A DNA stretch of 64,000 nucleotides from Promethearchaeota archaeon (GTDB lineage: Archaea; Asgardarchaeota; Lokiarchaeia; Sigyniarchaeales; SOKP01). A program made the position numbers and the translations under genes. Shown here piece after piece: positions 29,945 through 40,400 of the stretch; positions within the stretch are counted from its first letter, which is position 1; each line of letters opens with the position of its first letter. Below the pieces are notes generated by a model. It was not told the origin of the DNA. It did not search any database and saw only the letters and a program-made list of their open reading frames with translations. Location of the stretch: NCBI GenBank assembly GCA_019058445.1, contig JAHPZA010000004.1, positions 96,001-160,000 on the forward strand, given 5' to 3'.

Positions 29945-30164
29945 TTTTTTTCATCACTTTTATTTTTTATACATGATCAAGTAATTATTTTATAATCTAT
30001 ACATGCTTATTTTATTAAAGTATTATATCTTTATAAATCTATACATTTTACAAAAAGGATCTATACATTTATATAGAAATTAAATATAAGAATTAGATGA
30101 AAAAAATTTAAAAACTAAAAAAAGAAAGATAAATTGATTATTTTTTGATTATCCATTTAATTGT

Positions 30165-30347
30165 TTAGGGATCAGGATTACTAGTGGGACCTTCAACTTC
30201 ACTAATTGACCCATCATCGCAATAAACTTCGATTTCCCAGGATCCTTCGCTGTTTTTCACAATTATGTCATAATAAGCCATATCGCTTCCTTCTTCAGTA
30301 TCAGCTTCTTTCTCAGGTTTTAAAATTTCTTTTTCCTTAAAGCGCTT
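30165..30347 (-). pseudogene. PepSY-like C-terminal fragment
   Basis: ...EADTEEGSDMAYYDIIVKNSEGSWEIEVYCDDGSISEVE*; no start for the full domain. Confidence 0.45.
30240..30258 (+). repeat. 19-bp direct repeat, left copy
   Basis: GGATCCTTCGCTGTTTTTC, identical at 33438-33456. Confidence 0.8.
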
Positions 30348-30369
30348 TTATGGAGAAATATTATTGCTT

Positions 30370-30654
30370 TTATCTGTATTGCAGAGTTCTTCTTCGCGAA
30401 ACTATCGCTAACATTTTGCTGAAAATGGGCAGTATCGCACACGCCAACAGACCAATTAAGAGCACCTGAGTAAAATCCAGATAATTTAACTCCGTGCCCC
30501 CATCAACACTATGCTCGATCTCGGTATTTGCTCTCCCAAAATCCTCCATAAAATTGCGAACTAAAGTATTATGCACACAGTTAATCTGGACAATGGTATG
30601 GTTATTAAAGCTGCCAAAATTATAGGCTATATAGCTGTGATTAGAGGCACGCAA
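30370..30654 (-). pseudogene. C-terminal fragment of a membrane-anchored protein
   Basis: Ends in TM helix plus RRR; abuts an oppositely oriented TPR gene with no promoter space. Confidence 0.4.
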
Positions 30655-30756
30655 ATAGATGGCATATTCATGCTCAGTCAGTAAATTGCTTGTAAGGTTA
30701 TTGTAATTGGAACAATTCAGATAGATACCTGAGCGCGGATCTGCGACCTATATTTA

Positions 30757-31842
30757 ATGAGAAATGAGTTTGATAACGCAGTTGGAGCTTGTAGCGAGGT
30801 ACTGCTTAACCATCCCAAGAGCAAAGTCATCTGGTATTTTCTTGGTTTGGCGTATCTCATGAAAAAAGAAAGGCGAAACAATCGAAAAACCTGGGCTAAG
30901 ATCAATCTTGATGTTCACTGGACCAGCTATTTGGATGAGAATCTTGGTATATGTAAATGTCAGCTGGCCGAAATATATGCTAATAGAAAGAAAGAATATC
31001 AAAAAGCCAAGGAAATTTGCAAGCAAGCACTTGAGATTGAACCCGACCGTGTGTGTGCTTGGCATATTCTTGGACATATATACTATGTAGAGAAAAAGTT
31101 TAATAAGGCCATTGAGGCTTTTATTAAGATATTAGAAATTGATCCTAAAAATCTAGATGAGTGGAATCCATACGCTTTGAATTATTTAGCACATATTTAC
31201 ATTGAAATTTGTGATTATGCTAAGGCAATAGATTCAGCTAGAACCGCTGTAAAGCTAGATTCAAATTTCAAAGTAGCATGGGGAAATTTAGCAGGGGCGT
31301 ATTTTAAACGAGGAGAGTATGACAAGGTAATAAATGTCTGCCATCGAGCATTGGAGATTGATGCGAGAAATGAATATGCGTGGAGCAATTTAGCTCGGGC
31401 ATATAATAAATTAGGAGATTATGATAATGCTATAGCAGCGTCTATGGAAGCGTTGAGTGTGAAGCTGGAAGATTCAAGACCACTTCATCATTTAGGTTAT
31501 GCATATTACAAAAAAGGAGATATCCCGAAAGCGCTCGAGTTGATGAAATGGTCCCTTGATTTAGAGCCCGAATATGAATTAGCCCATAAGCATCTTGAGC
31601 AAATCTTAAATGAAGTGGGAGAGGTCTCATTTGACGAAGTTCAAACGGACATTGTAAGGAGGATTTTGAGAGAGCGCGAAGAAAAACCGATTCGAGAGTC
31701 CGATGAGTATTATAATCTTGCAAAATTTTTTTATAGCGTGAGAAATTTTAAGAAAGCCCTTGAGGCATGCGAGATCTCCTTAAAGTTAAATCCTCTTAAT
31801 AAAAAAGCTTTAAAGTTCAAGAGCAAGGTTAGAGAGATGTGA
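30757..31842 (+). CDS. TPR-repeat protein (probably 5'-truncated)
   Basis: Multiple AW.NL..AY...G.YD.AI repeats; TPR-like frame continues upstream through a TGA at 30730-30732 (DT*ARICDLYL). Confidence 0.8.
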   Translation: MRNEFDNAVGACSEVLLNHPKSKVIWYFLGLAYLMKKERRNNRKTWAKINLDVHWTSYLDENLGICKCQLAEIYANRKKEYQKAKEICKQALEIEPDRVCAWHILGHIYYVEKKFNKAIEAFIKILEIDPKNLDEWNPYALNYLAHIYIEICDYAKAIDSARTAVKLDSNFKVAWGNLAGAYFKRGEYDKVINVCHRALEIDARNEYAWSNLARAYNKLGDYDNAIAASMEALSVKLEDSRPLHHLGYAYYKKGDIPKALELMKWSLDLEPEYELAHKHLEQILNEVGEVSFDEVQTDIVRRILREREEKPIRESDEYYNLAKFFYSVRNFKKALEACEISLKLNPLNKKALKFKSKVREM

Positions 31843-31853
31843 GAAGGAATTTT

Positions 31854-33257
31854 TTAGTCAAGAAAATCTTTTAAAGAGGTTTGCCTTATTTGAGGTTTCT
31901 TCTCATTGCCCTTTTTTTTAATAAAATTGATTTTCGGGAATTTGAAATGAGAATAGATAAAATATGGTCGGTCATAAATGTGCAAGCCTTTCTTATCGGT
32001 AATTTTGTTGTAATCTAAGGAAATATTTTTAAGAAACGGAAGCTGTTCAATACCATTAATTTCAGTTATCTCGTTAGAACTAAGATCAACAGCTTCTATA
32101 TTGGTGAAATGAGACAATCCTTTAATCTCTTTAATTTTATTAAAACCAAGATTTAACTTCTTAAGATTCAAAAGATTTTCCAGTCCTTTAATCTCAGTAA
32201 TCTCATTAAACATAAGGTTTAATTCTTCTAAATTAACTAAGGAATCCAGCCCCTTAATTTCTGTAATTAACCCCTTATGTTCGTTTTCTCCAATAGGATT
32301 AAAATATAACACTTTGAGTTTGACAAGATTCTCAAGATCTTTGATTTCAGTAATGGGATTCCCGCCAAGATATAATTCCTCAAGATTTCGGAGGTTTTCA
32401 AGCCCTTTAATCTCAGTTATCTTGTTACATTCAAGGTTTAAAGTTTTTAGCTTTATCAAATCATCCAATCCTTTAATTTCTGTAATGTGAGTGAAGTTGA
32501 TTTGTAATTCCTCCAAATTAACCAATTTATCAAGCCCTTGTATTTCCGAAATGTCTGATATAGCCGAATCTTCAATTCTAAGTACTGTTAAACTTGTTAA
32601 TTCCCCTATTCCAGTGAATACTCCATCTCCTCCAATTTCCCGCATACTCAAAGCTTCTAAATTTTTAAAGGTGGTTAAATACGGCTGAATACGCTGAAAA
32701 TTTTCTATAAAAAGCACAGTAAATGCGATAGCGCTAACGTGCCCATTTTCTGTCGAATATTCGAAATCAATGCTCCCTTTTTCGTTCCCGTACTTACATA
32801 TACACTCAATTTTAAGTAATAATACTGCTTCTTCAGGATCTACTCCATATCTCCTCTCAAGTTCATTACTGAGCTGAGTTTTTAAATTTTCATGGTCTTG
32901 GTTGTTTGATGCTTCGAGCATACTTAGAATTGTATTTAGAATAAGTGCGGAATCTTCACGCTCTATTACCCATTTCAATGGTTTCACGTATCGATTTGGA
33001 AACCTGGAAATCAATACCTTGACTGCCGCATTTCTCACATGAGCGTTTGTATCAGAAATCATCAAGTTTTCTAGAAAGTCATACATACCACTCTCCCGAA
33101 GATCTAACTGGCTCAACATTTCGACGCTCCTAATTCTATTTACCTTGTTTGGATCGTGTTCTACAATCCATTTTAATGACTGGCATACCGAACTTTTGTC
33201 CATTGTACCGTTAGCTAATTGCCTCTGAATTTCTTCTTCGGTTAAGTTTAATTTCAC
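31854..33257 (-). CDS. HEAT plus SDS22-type LRR protein
   Basis: N-terminal HEAT-like (AHVRNAAVKVL); repeats LEELxLxxNxITEIKGLExL. Confidence 0.88.
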   Translation of the reverse strand: MKLNLTEEEIQRQLANGTMDKSSVCQSLKWIVEHDPNKVNRIRSVEMLSQLDLRESGMYDFLENLMISDTNAHVRNAAVKVLISRFPNRYVKPLKWVIEREDSALILNTILSMLEASNNQDHENLKTQLSNELERRYGVDPEEAVLLLKIECICKYGNEKGSIDFEYSTENGHVSAIAFTVLFIENFQRIQPYLTTFKNLEALSMREIGGDGVFTGIGELTSLTVLRIEDSAISDISEIQGLDKLVNLEELQINFTHITEIKGLDDLIKLKTLNLECNKITEIKGLENLRNLEELYLGGNPITEIKDLENLVKLKVLYFNPIGENEHKGLITEIKGLDSLVNLEELNLMFNEITEIKGLENLLNLKKLNLGFNKIKEIKGLSHFTNIEAVDLSSNEITEINGIEQLPFLKNISLDYNKITDKKGLHIYDRPYFIYSHFKFPKINFIKKKGNEKKPQIRQTSLKDFLD

Positions 33258-33437
33258 ATAATATTAATAGAAATTTATCTATTTAAACTTTTATAAAATC
33301 AAATTGGCTAAAATTTCAGGCGTTCAAAGTTGATTTTAGCGAGATTATTTAACCTTTTTGACTCTCTCATGAAACCATTTAAAAACAAAATAAGTTTAGG
33401 TATTTTTTCAAAAAAAATTTTAATTTCTAAAAAAAAT

Positions 33438-33456
33438 GGATCCTTCGCTGTTTTTC
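33438..33456 (+). repeat. 19-bp direct repeat, right copy
   Basis: GGATCCTTCGCTGTTTTTC within A-rich intergenic DNA. Confidence 0.8.
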
Positions 33457-33499
33457 CAAAAAAAATATTTGCAAAATGGTTATACCCAATTCTATAAAA

Positions 33500-33961
33500 C
33501 TAGTAACCGGATTTCTTTCCCGTCATTTTTTCAAGCTCAACTCTAATGATCACAATTCTTTTTAGAGAATTATCAGTGTACTCATGTGGAACATCTGGAA
33601 AGTAATGTCCCATTATAATGTTTAATGCTTTGATTTTTTCTTCATAATCATCAATAATATATGCTTTTCCGTAGCCAATTACACTACAATACTTCATAGA
33701 AGTAGTACATGCTGATTTTCCTCGTAAAATTTCATGTTCAATATCCATTTCAAAACATACATTATTGTTTTTTTTGATTATTTCAATTTTATATCCCTCT
33801 GCGGCTGAATGAATATATAAGCAATTATCTTTATACCCGAAATTCACAGGAACGATGTAAGGCATATTATTATTGGATAAAGCAATTCTACATACTTGAG
33901 CTTCGTTTAATATCATTTCAATTTCTTTTTTATCTTTGATTTCTTTATCTTTTCTTCTCAT
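33500..33961 (-). CDS. Pyridoxamine 5'-phosphate oxidase family (NimA-like)
   Basis: MRRKDKEI, PYIVPVNFGY, YIHSA.EG.K, SVIGYG, MTGK. Confidence 0.9.
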   Translation of the reverse strand: MRRKDKEIKDKKEIEMILNEAQVCRIALSNNNMPYIVPVNFGYKDNCLYIHSAAEGYKIEIIKKNNNVCFEMDIEHEILRGKSACTTSMKYCSVIGYGKAYIIDDYEEKIKALNIIMGHYFPDVPHEYTDNSLKRIVIIRVELEKMTGKKSGY

Positions 33962-34013
33962 ATTTATCAAAGTTTAATTAAATCTATTTTAATTTAAAAA
34001 ATTCTTGAATATT

Positions 34014-34862
34014 TTAAATTTTATTTTGATTATGAAGATAAAACCATTTATAAAGCAATATTGTAATAACTGCAGCAGCCCCAGTTGAGAATAGCACATC
34101 AGAGGCATAATGAGCACCAATAATGACTCGAGAGATTGCTACAAACAAACCCCATCCTATAACAAGTGCCGTAGTAGTTATTCTTGTTGGATCTTTCCAT
34201 TCTTTATCTTTAACCAAAATTAATAAGGGTAAGAGCATCCATCCCCGTGCTGCATGTCCACTGGGAAAACTATGATTATTTAAATCAGGACCAGGAGGCA
34301 AATACCACGGAGTATAATTCGAGAAATTTGAATTTAAATCCCCGAATCTAACTCTCCCACATAAATATTTTGTAATATCAACAGAAAATATGAGAATTGT
34401 AGCTAATAGGAGAGTAACAATCGATATTATAGTATATTCTCTCCAATCTTTTTTACATGTAAGAATCGAAAATACCAGCAATCCTAAAATAATATAAAGA
34501 TTTAAAATAAGATATAGCTCTTCTCGATAAATATTTTTCTTTATCTCAGTGAACAATTCCATTATAAATAAGCTTATTGAAACACCAACGATTTTCTGAT
34601 ATTTCAATTCTTCAAAATATCCACCAATAAGTATGGCTAATGATATTGATATGAAAGTATATGCTGGTAAATATGCGTAATCTTTTCCTATTTTTCCCCA
34701 TATAGAGTTAGTATTTACAATCGCTTTGGAAATTTCTAAATCTGTAAACCCGAAAATAACTGATAAAATAATCCAAGGAATTATAACAAGGATTAATAAT
34801 TTAATTGTAATGGATTCTTTAATATTATCATATAAATTCATTTTTTTTTTGGTTTTTTTCAT
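34014..34862 (-). CDS. PAP2-family membrane phosphatase (paralog of 28994)
   Basis: K..CGRVR, SFPSGH, SRVIIGAHYASDV. Confidence 0.9.
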   Translation of the reverse strand: MKKTKKKMNLYDNIKESITIKLLILVIIPWIILSVIFGFTDLEISKAIVNTNSIWGKIGKDYAYLPAYTFISISLAILIGGYFEELKYQKIVGVSISLFIMELFTEIKKNIYREELYLILNLYIILGLLVFSILTCKKDWREYTIISIVTLLLATILIFSVDITKYLCGRVRFGDLNSNFSNYTPWYLPPGPDLNNHSFPSGHAARGWMLLPLLILVKDKEWKDPTRITTTALVIGWGLFVAISRVIIGAHYASDVLFSTGAAAVITILLYKWFYLHNQNKI

Positions 34863-34927
34863 TCGTTACTTAGCTCTTAAAATATGAAAGTAAAATTATT
34901 AACTTTTTCTAATACAAGTAAGATTTT

Positions 34928-35176
34928 TCATACTAATACCAAAGCTATTAATAAGGCACCTTGAATTTCAGTTAATTTACCTACTCTAGAAGTATCTATA
35001 AATTATTGATTGATATTCATAGAGATTACGCCATATGCATTGCCCCCACCCAAATGAACAAAAGTTCTGTGTATTAGATCTCCAGAAATTCAATCAGGAG
35101 CAATAATTAAATTCGATTTATTTTTAATAACTTTTTCTATAAGAATCTCATCATAGTTAATCTTTAAATTCAGATG
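34928..35176 (-). pseudogene. Decayed copy of the last ~83 codons of mtxX
   Basis: DEILIE...SNLIIAPD*ISGDLIHRTFVHLGGGNAYG...Q*FIDTSRVGKL.EI.GAL; two in-frame stops. Confidence 0.88.
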
Positions 35177-35238
35177 TCCTTATCTTTTCGCCTCATATTA
35201 TATCACAATTTATTAAAAGCAAATGAATATATTATAAT

Positions 35239-36108
35239 TTATGAGGATATTAAAGCAAGTGCTAATATTAAAGCACCATAAATTTCGCTTAAATTACCAA
35301 CTCGAGAAGTATCGATAATTACCTTCTGGAGATCCATATAAATTGCGCCATATGCTTTACCACCGCCTAAATGAACGAGAGTACGATAAATTAAGTTTCC
35401 CGAGATACCATCAGGTGCAATAATTAGATTCGATTGATTGGCAATTGCATTTTCTATTAAAATTTCATCATGCCTTATTCTCAAAGTTGGATGTTCTTTT
35501 TGAAGATAGTTAACTACTTCTTCTGCGATATTTATGGTTTTATCAACTATTGCATCTCTTCCAATATCTCCTAATCTGCCGCCGCTAAGAATACTAATTT
35601 GAGGTTCTATTTTCAACGATTTAATTTGTTTAATCGCTTTATTCACAAAATCAATTTTACTCTCGATATCTTTGCATTCGTCAATTCCAACGGGCCCATA
35701 GAAAAATTGGAATCCTTTATATGTTTCCAGTAAAGCTAATCGATTTATTTTAGAGATATTAAACAAATCTTTGATATTCTTTAAAAACTTACTTGAGCTA
35801 AAATTACCCCGCACAATAGCATGAATTATGCTATTTTTTAGAAAATTGAATATTTCTTTTTCTGGGGCATTAGATTTGACTAATTCTATTCTTTTTGAAT
35901 TATTATTATATTCTTTGTTATTTTCGATTGATTCTATTGCTTTTTCATTACCAAATAAAAAGACTGTTGAATTATATGATTTTATAAATTTAATTGAGGC
36001 CTGTAATAATTTAAAGTTATGTTCTTCTGATTCTGCTAACCCTATCCCAATATTTCCACTCTTTAATTGCGATTTTGATTCGAATAAGTTGAGTAAAGAC
36101 ATACGCAA
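35239..36108 (-). CDS. mtxX: Methanogenesis marker Mmp4/MtxX (phosphotransacetylase-like)
   Basis: AIVRG, PVGIDE, ILSGGR.GDIGR, IIAPDGISGNLIYRTL, IDTSR. Confidence 0.85.
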   Translation of the reverse strand: MRMSLLNLFESKSQLKSGNIGIGLAESEEHNFKLLQASIKFIKSYNSTVFLFGNEKAIESIENNKEYNNNSKRIELVKSNAPEKEIFNFLKNSIIHAIVRGNFSSSKFLKNIKDLFNISKINRLALLETYKGFQFFYGPVGIDECKDIESKIDFVNKAIKQIKSLKIEPQISILSGGRLGDIGRDAIVDKTINIAEEVVNYLQKEHPTLRIRHDEILIENAIANQSNLIIAPDGISGNLIYRTLVHLGGGKAYGAIYMDLQKVIIDTSRVGNLSEIYGALILALALISS

Positions 36109-36143
36109 ACCATGTATTTATCAAAAGTGTTTTTTATAAAAAA

Positions 36144-37181
36144 TTAATAAAATACCATAAATAAAAACGCTATTAAGATCGTTAGAGAATTATAAACACC
36201 GTGCGTAACTGTGACAGCAACCAAATTTTCCTCTCTCCATCGATACAACAATCCCAACATAAGACTAATTGCGAAAAATGGGGCTAATAAATAAATAAAT
36301 AGGATTAAGAACACAAGTGGATTCAAAATATATACTAAAAGTCCAACTAAATGAATTATAGCGAATATAAAAGCGGTTAGAATAAGACCCCAAGTGTCTC
36401 CCAAAGTTCTCGTTAAACCTTTCATCATAAAACCTCGAAAAAGGATCTCTTCACAGGGACCCACAATAAAAATCATAACTAAAATCATCAGAATTAATAT
36501 GAGTACATCCATACCTGTAATAATGACCTCAACATTACCACCTGCTCCCTCACGAATTATTCTTACTCCAAAAGCATATCTTAATAGAAGTTCTATGCCA
36601 AGGCTCGCAGCTACAACCACCAATATTCCTACAAAAGCAAATGCTATACCTATTAAAATCTCTTTGAATACTTGGTTCCTATCATAACCTTTTGTAGTAA
36701 AACCCAATAGAGTCAGTCGATTCTCTAAACTAGGATTTTGTAAATATTTTTTTATATACCATATTGGAATTAAAATTAAGATTAGCTCCGCTAAAGTTGA
36801 TAATACCATAAAAAAAGGGTTTGATATTATACTTCGAACAAGTTCAATATTAGGAAGAATAAGAATAATAGCAATGACGATTCCAAGAATTAGTCCATTC
36901 ATAACAATAAATGCTAATAATGGGAAGCCTATAGATGGCAAATTCCCCCATAATTTTCTTCCTTTTATATGGAGAATTTCATCATCCGAAAGTACAGGCC
37001 CGTATTTATTATAATAAGTAGGGCTCACATAAGTAGGGCGTGCTTGTTGGGGAGGAAGCGCTTTATGTTCTTTCACATACTCTAAATTTATCGCACAGTT
37101 AGGACAAAAATTTAATACTTCAATATCTGGTAATTTTATTCCACAATTTGGACAATAGGTCCATTTTCCTTTATCAGTCAT
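36144..37181 (-). CDS. CPBP/Abi-family intramembrane metalloprotease with N-terminal Zn ribbon
   Basis: CPNCG...FCPNC; EEILFRG, FAIIH, HGVYN. Confidence 0.9.
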   Translation of the reverse strand: MTDKGKWTYCPNCGIKLPDIEVLNFCPNCAINLEYVKEHKALPPQQARPTYVSPTYYNKYGPVLSDDEILHIKGRKLWGNLPSIGFPLLAFIVMNGLILGIVIAIILILPNIELVRSIISNPFFMVLSTLAELILILIPIWYIKKYLQNPSLENRLTLLGFTTKGYDRNQVFKEILIGIAFAFVGILVVVAASLGIELLLRYAFGVRIIREGAGGNVEVIITGMDVLILILMILVMIFIVGPCEEILFRGFMMKGLTRTLGDTWGLILTAFIFAIIHLVGLLVYILNPLVFLILFIYLLAPFFAISLMLGLLYRWREENLVAVTVTHGVYNSLTILIAFLFMVFY

Positions 37182-37322
37182 TTCTATAATATTTGAATAA
37201 ATAAAGATTCAAATAATTTTACATTTCAAATTATAAAGTTATTCTAATTATTAGATTGTAAAGGAAAAAAACACCAAGTCCAAATACCATAAACATATTA
37301 GAACTGAATTATTATTTAGAAA

Positions 37323-39083
37323 TTAATGAGTAAAATAGCAAAATAGCTCATTTCTTTCTAATTTAATAGGATTTACAAATCCATATCGTTCAAATTGGAT
37401 TGGTTTATTAAGCGGAATTTTTAATAGGTTAATTTCACCATTCCCTTTAGATATTGCTCCATCAGGTTTTAAGATTGAAACACTTACATTTTCTTCTTCA
37501 GGAACCCAGTGAATTATAGAATAAGCACGGTCCAATTCTAAACTGTGAAATTCGGCTTCAATTTTATCATTTTTTAGATCCAAAGCTACAATCCTAATGT
37601 TAATTAAGTCCTTAAGGCGAAGGATTTGTTCTTTTTTAAACTTTTTAGCATCTGATAGAGCAATATATAGCTTTAATGTTTTGTCTGTTGTTTTGACATA
37701 TATGATTCTTTTTCCTTTCTCGGGATTTGAAGGCAATAACAAGGGTTCTGCTTTGTATTCTTCAAATGGAACATTATTAATCTCGATTTCTACAGAATTT
37801 TCAACATAAAAATATCTATCTGATACTTCATCAATAATATCTTTATTTTTAGAATATAACCAGTTTACAGAAAAAGAAATGCCAGACATCGACATCCCAA
37901 GATCTAATAAAGTTTCTTTTAAGGCTTCAGGTCTAATCCCCCTTTTAGCTAGAGATTGTAAACTCCAGGTTCTGGGATCATCCCAACCATCATAATTACC
38001 ATTTTGGATATTATTTCTTGCTTGAGTCTTACTTAATTTCATATCGGGAAAATTTATTCTTCCATAATGCAAAAATTCCGCTTTTTTCCATTTGAAATGA
38101 TCCCATATGAAATCTTCGATAAAATCTTCCTTAATTAAATCAGAACCTCTAAGAATATGTGTGACGCCAATAAGATAATCATCTATAGCCCATGAAAATT
38201 CGAGCATAGGCCATACAATATATTTTTTGCCTACTCTCGGATGCTCCGCTTCCGAAATCCGCATAATAATTTGATCTCTTAATGCGGGATCTTTTTGATC
38301 CATTCCGGTTTTTAGCCGCACTACAACCTCAGTTTCATGGTATTTCCCATTGAGCATGTTATTCCATTCTTCCATGTTTATTTTAATTGTTTGGTCTCTA
38401 TGCGGACAATTTTTCTTTTTATTTTTATAATTATCCCGAAACTCATCAGCCGAACAAAAACAAACATACGCAATGTTATCCTTGATTAGTTTCTCACAAT
38501 ATTCATAAAAAATTTCTAATCTATCACTCTTATAATAAGTTTTTGATATCTCTATTCCAAACCAATCTAAACCCTCCCTTATTAAATCATAGGCTTCAGG
38601 AAGTACATACTTCGCTTTTGGACTGTCACGTAATGATTTTGGGCTCCCAATCGTATCATCATAAAACAAAATCAGCTCTCCACTGTGTTTTTTTATGTAT
38701 TCATCATTTAATGCAATCATTCTGGCATTCCCAATATGTAATGCCCCACTGGGATAAGGAGCAAGTCTCATTACAATCTTATCATACTTATCCGCGTTAG
38801 GTAACTCCGGAAGTCCTTTCTTTACTTCTTCAGAGTCTTTTTTCTCAAAAGCCATAGGATCTAATTGTAATAATTTCTCTTTTTGTTCCTCGATATTTAA
38901 TTTAGAAATTTCTACAATAACTTGATCTAAAAGGGGTATAATAACTTTGGCTTGAGCCCGTAGCTCCTTTTTCTCAGCCATGAGTTTACCCATAACCGCT
39001 TTTTTATTCGGTTTTCCATTAAATTCTACCGCATTTTTCAATCCATGGATCCATAGAATTTTTTTAATCTCATCATCTTCCAT
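37323..39083 (-). CDS. gltX: Glutamate-tRNA ligase (archaeal type)
   Basis: RLAPYPSGALHIGN, THILRG.D, KLSK, GWDDPR, QFERYGF. Confidence 0.96.
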   Translation of the reverse strand: MEDDEIKKILWIHGLKNAVEFNGKPNKKAVMGKLMAEKKELRAQAKVIIPLLDQVIVEISKLNIEEQKEKLLQLDPMAFEKKDSEEVKKGLPELPNADKYDKIVMRLAPYPSGALHIGNARMIALNDEYIKKHSGELILFYDDTIGSPKSLRDSPKAKYVLPEAYDLIREGLDWFGIEISKTYYKSDRLEIFYEYCEKLIKDNIAYVCFCSADEFRDNYKNKKKNCPHRDQTIKINMEEWNNMLNGKYHETEVVVRLKTGMDQKDPALRDQIIMRISEAEHPRVGKKYIVWPMLEFSWAIDDYLIGVTHILRGSDLIKEDFIEDFIWDHFKWKKAEFLHYGRINFPDMKLSKTQARNNIQNGNYDGWDDPRTWSLQSLAKRGIRPEALKETLLDLGMSMSGISFSVNWLYSKNKDIIDEVSDRYFYVENSVEIEINNVPFEEYKAEPLLLPSNPEKGKRIIYVKTTDKTLKLYIALSDAKKFKKEQILRLKDLINIRIVALDLKNDKIEAEFHSLELDRAYSIIHWVPEEENVSVSILKPDGAISKGNGEINLLKIPLNKPIQFERYGFVNPIKLERNELFCYFTH

Positions 39084-39238
39084 ATCTTAGACTCAACACA
39101 CTAGATCTTTTTTAGAGATAGTTTTAAACAATATAAATAATAATACTTATCAAAAAAAATAAATCGTTATTAAAAACTCTTAAATATTAGGAAAAAAATC
39201 AAATTATAATATTAAATCTTGATATAGTTTTAGGTGGT

Positions 39239-39529
39239 TTGAAAATGTATTATCGTGGATATATTTTAATGAGGATGCGAATTATTGGGAAAGAATGGGA
39301 CGTTGTTAATAAATTGAAAGGATTAAAGTCTACAGAAGAGGGTGAAGATTGGAAGATTACTTATGGTACTCCTGTTTATGGAGGATGGGATGCAATAGTA
39401 GAGTGTTGTTTTAGTAAGCTTGCAGATCTAGATAAAATAGTAACTTATTGCCGGGTTGATGAAGAACTTTCTTCCTGGATTGAAGAAACAACCACTTTAA
39501 TGGGCGGTAAGGCAGACTTCCCTGGTTAG
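39239..39529 (+). CDS. Small conserved protein, Lrp/AsnC ligand-binding-like fold
   Basis: GKEWDVV..L...VYGGWDAIVE...LDKIV...IEETTTL. Confidence 0.65.
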   Translation: MKMYYRGYILMRMRIIGKEWDVVNKLKGLKSTEEGEDWKITYGTPVYGGWDAIVECCFSKLADLDKIVTYCRVDEELSSWIEETTTLMGGKADFPG

Positions 39530-39610
39530 TTTTAGATAAACATTTCTTAAGGTAATTATATTCTTTATTTTTTTAGTTAAAAAAGAAATTAAAAACTAAA
39601 TGTTTATAAC

Positions 39611-40327
39611 TCATTTAGTTTCCTTTAGAAATATTTTTTTCATCCACTCAGGTAATATAAATGCTCCATATACCAAAAATACGCTTGGTATAAAAAAGAT
39701 TAATGGCAGAAAAGCAATCCCTGTAATAACAAATAAAATTGCTCCAGTTATGAATAATATTAAACCAATTATGAAAAGAGTCCCCTTTAATTTAATTTCT
39801 GGATTATCAGATTTATGTGATTCGCGATAAAATAAGATCCCCGAAAAGAATAAGATAACTAATATTATAAGGGACCGAATTGCTAAGAATGGTCCCAACA
39901 CAGGAGTAAGAGGTCTACTAAATACACCAAGCAGTGAAGTATCAGAAAATAAGAAGATGAAGAATATTATTTCCATAATTACCCAATAAATTGCGTATAT
40001 TGATATAATTACTTTTTGCTTATCTTTATACATAAGTTCAGTGATTAATATGAGCCAAAACACAATGCCTAAAGGAAACCCATATCCTATTAAAAAATAT
40101 ACCATTGGTGTAATAGTATTACCAGTTAAAAGAATAGAAAGATAAGTTATTGAGATCGCTAACCACATATTACCCATAAATGGAATCGCAATACCTAAAT
40201 ACAGGATTTTTTTTTCTTTTAATCGAAAATATTTAGAGATTAAGTTTAATCCTATGAAATAGAATGTGATTACTATAAAAATAGCAAAGATACCGTTTAA
40301 GAATTCGATTTGTGTTAATTCCACCAT
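39611..40327 (-). CDS. 7-TM membrane protein
   Basis: Hydrophobic 238 aa; C-terminal FILPEWMKK. Confidence 0.75.
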   Translation of the reverse strand: MVELTQIEFLNGIFAIFIVITFYFIGLNLISKYFRLKEKKILYLGIAIPFMGNMWLAISITYLSILLTGNTITPMVYFLIGYGFPLGIVFWLILITELMYKDKQKVIISIYAIYWVIMEIIFFIFLFSDTSLLGVFSRPLTPVLGPFLAIRSLIILVILFFSGILFYRESHKSDNPEIKLKGTLFIIGLILFITGAILFVITGIAFLPLIFFIPSVFLVYGAFILPEWMKKIFLKETK

Positions 40328-40400
40328 GTTTTTTCGATCACTTAATTTTGATTGATTTCTTGTATATATATTATGAGTTATAGTCTGGTTTTTTAAATTT

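Noticed and set aside
30730-30732. In-frame TGA upstream of the TPR ORF as selenocysteine
   Set aside because: The position corresponds to a TPR Trp in a fragmented region, with no redox motif.
35239-36108. mtxX and URO-D/MtaA-like genes as evidence of methanogenesis
   Set aside because: No mcr or mtr genes in the window, and these families occur in non-methanogens.
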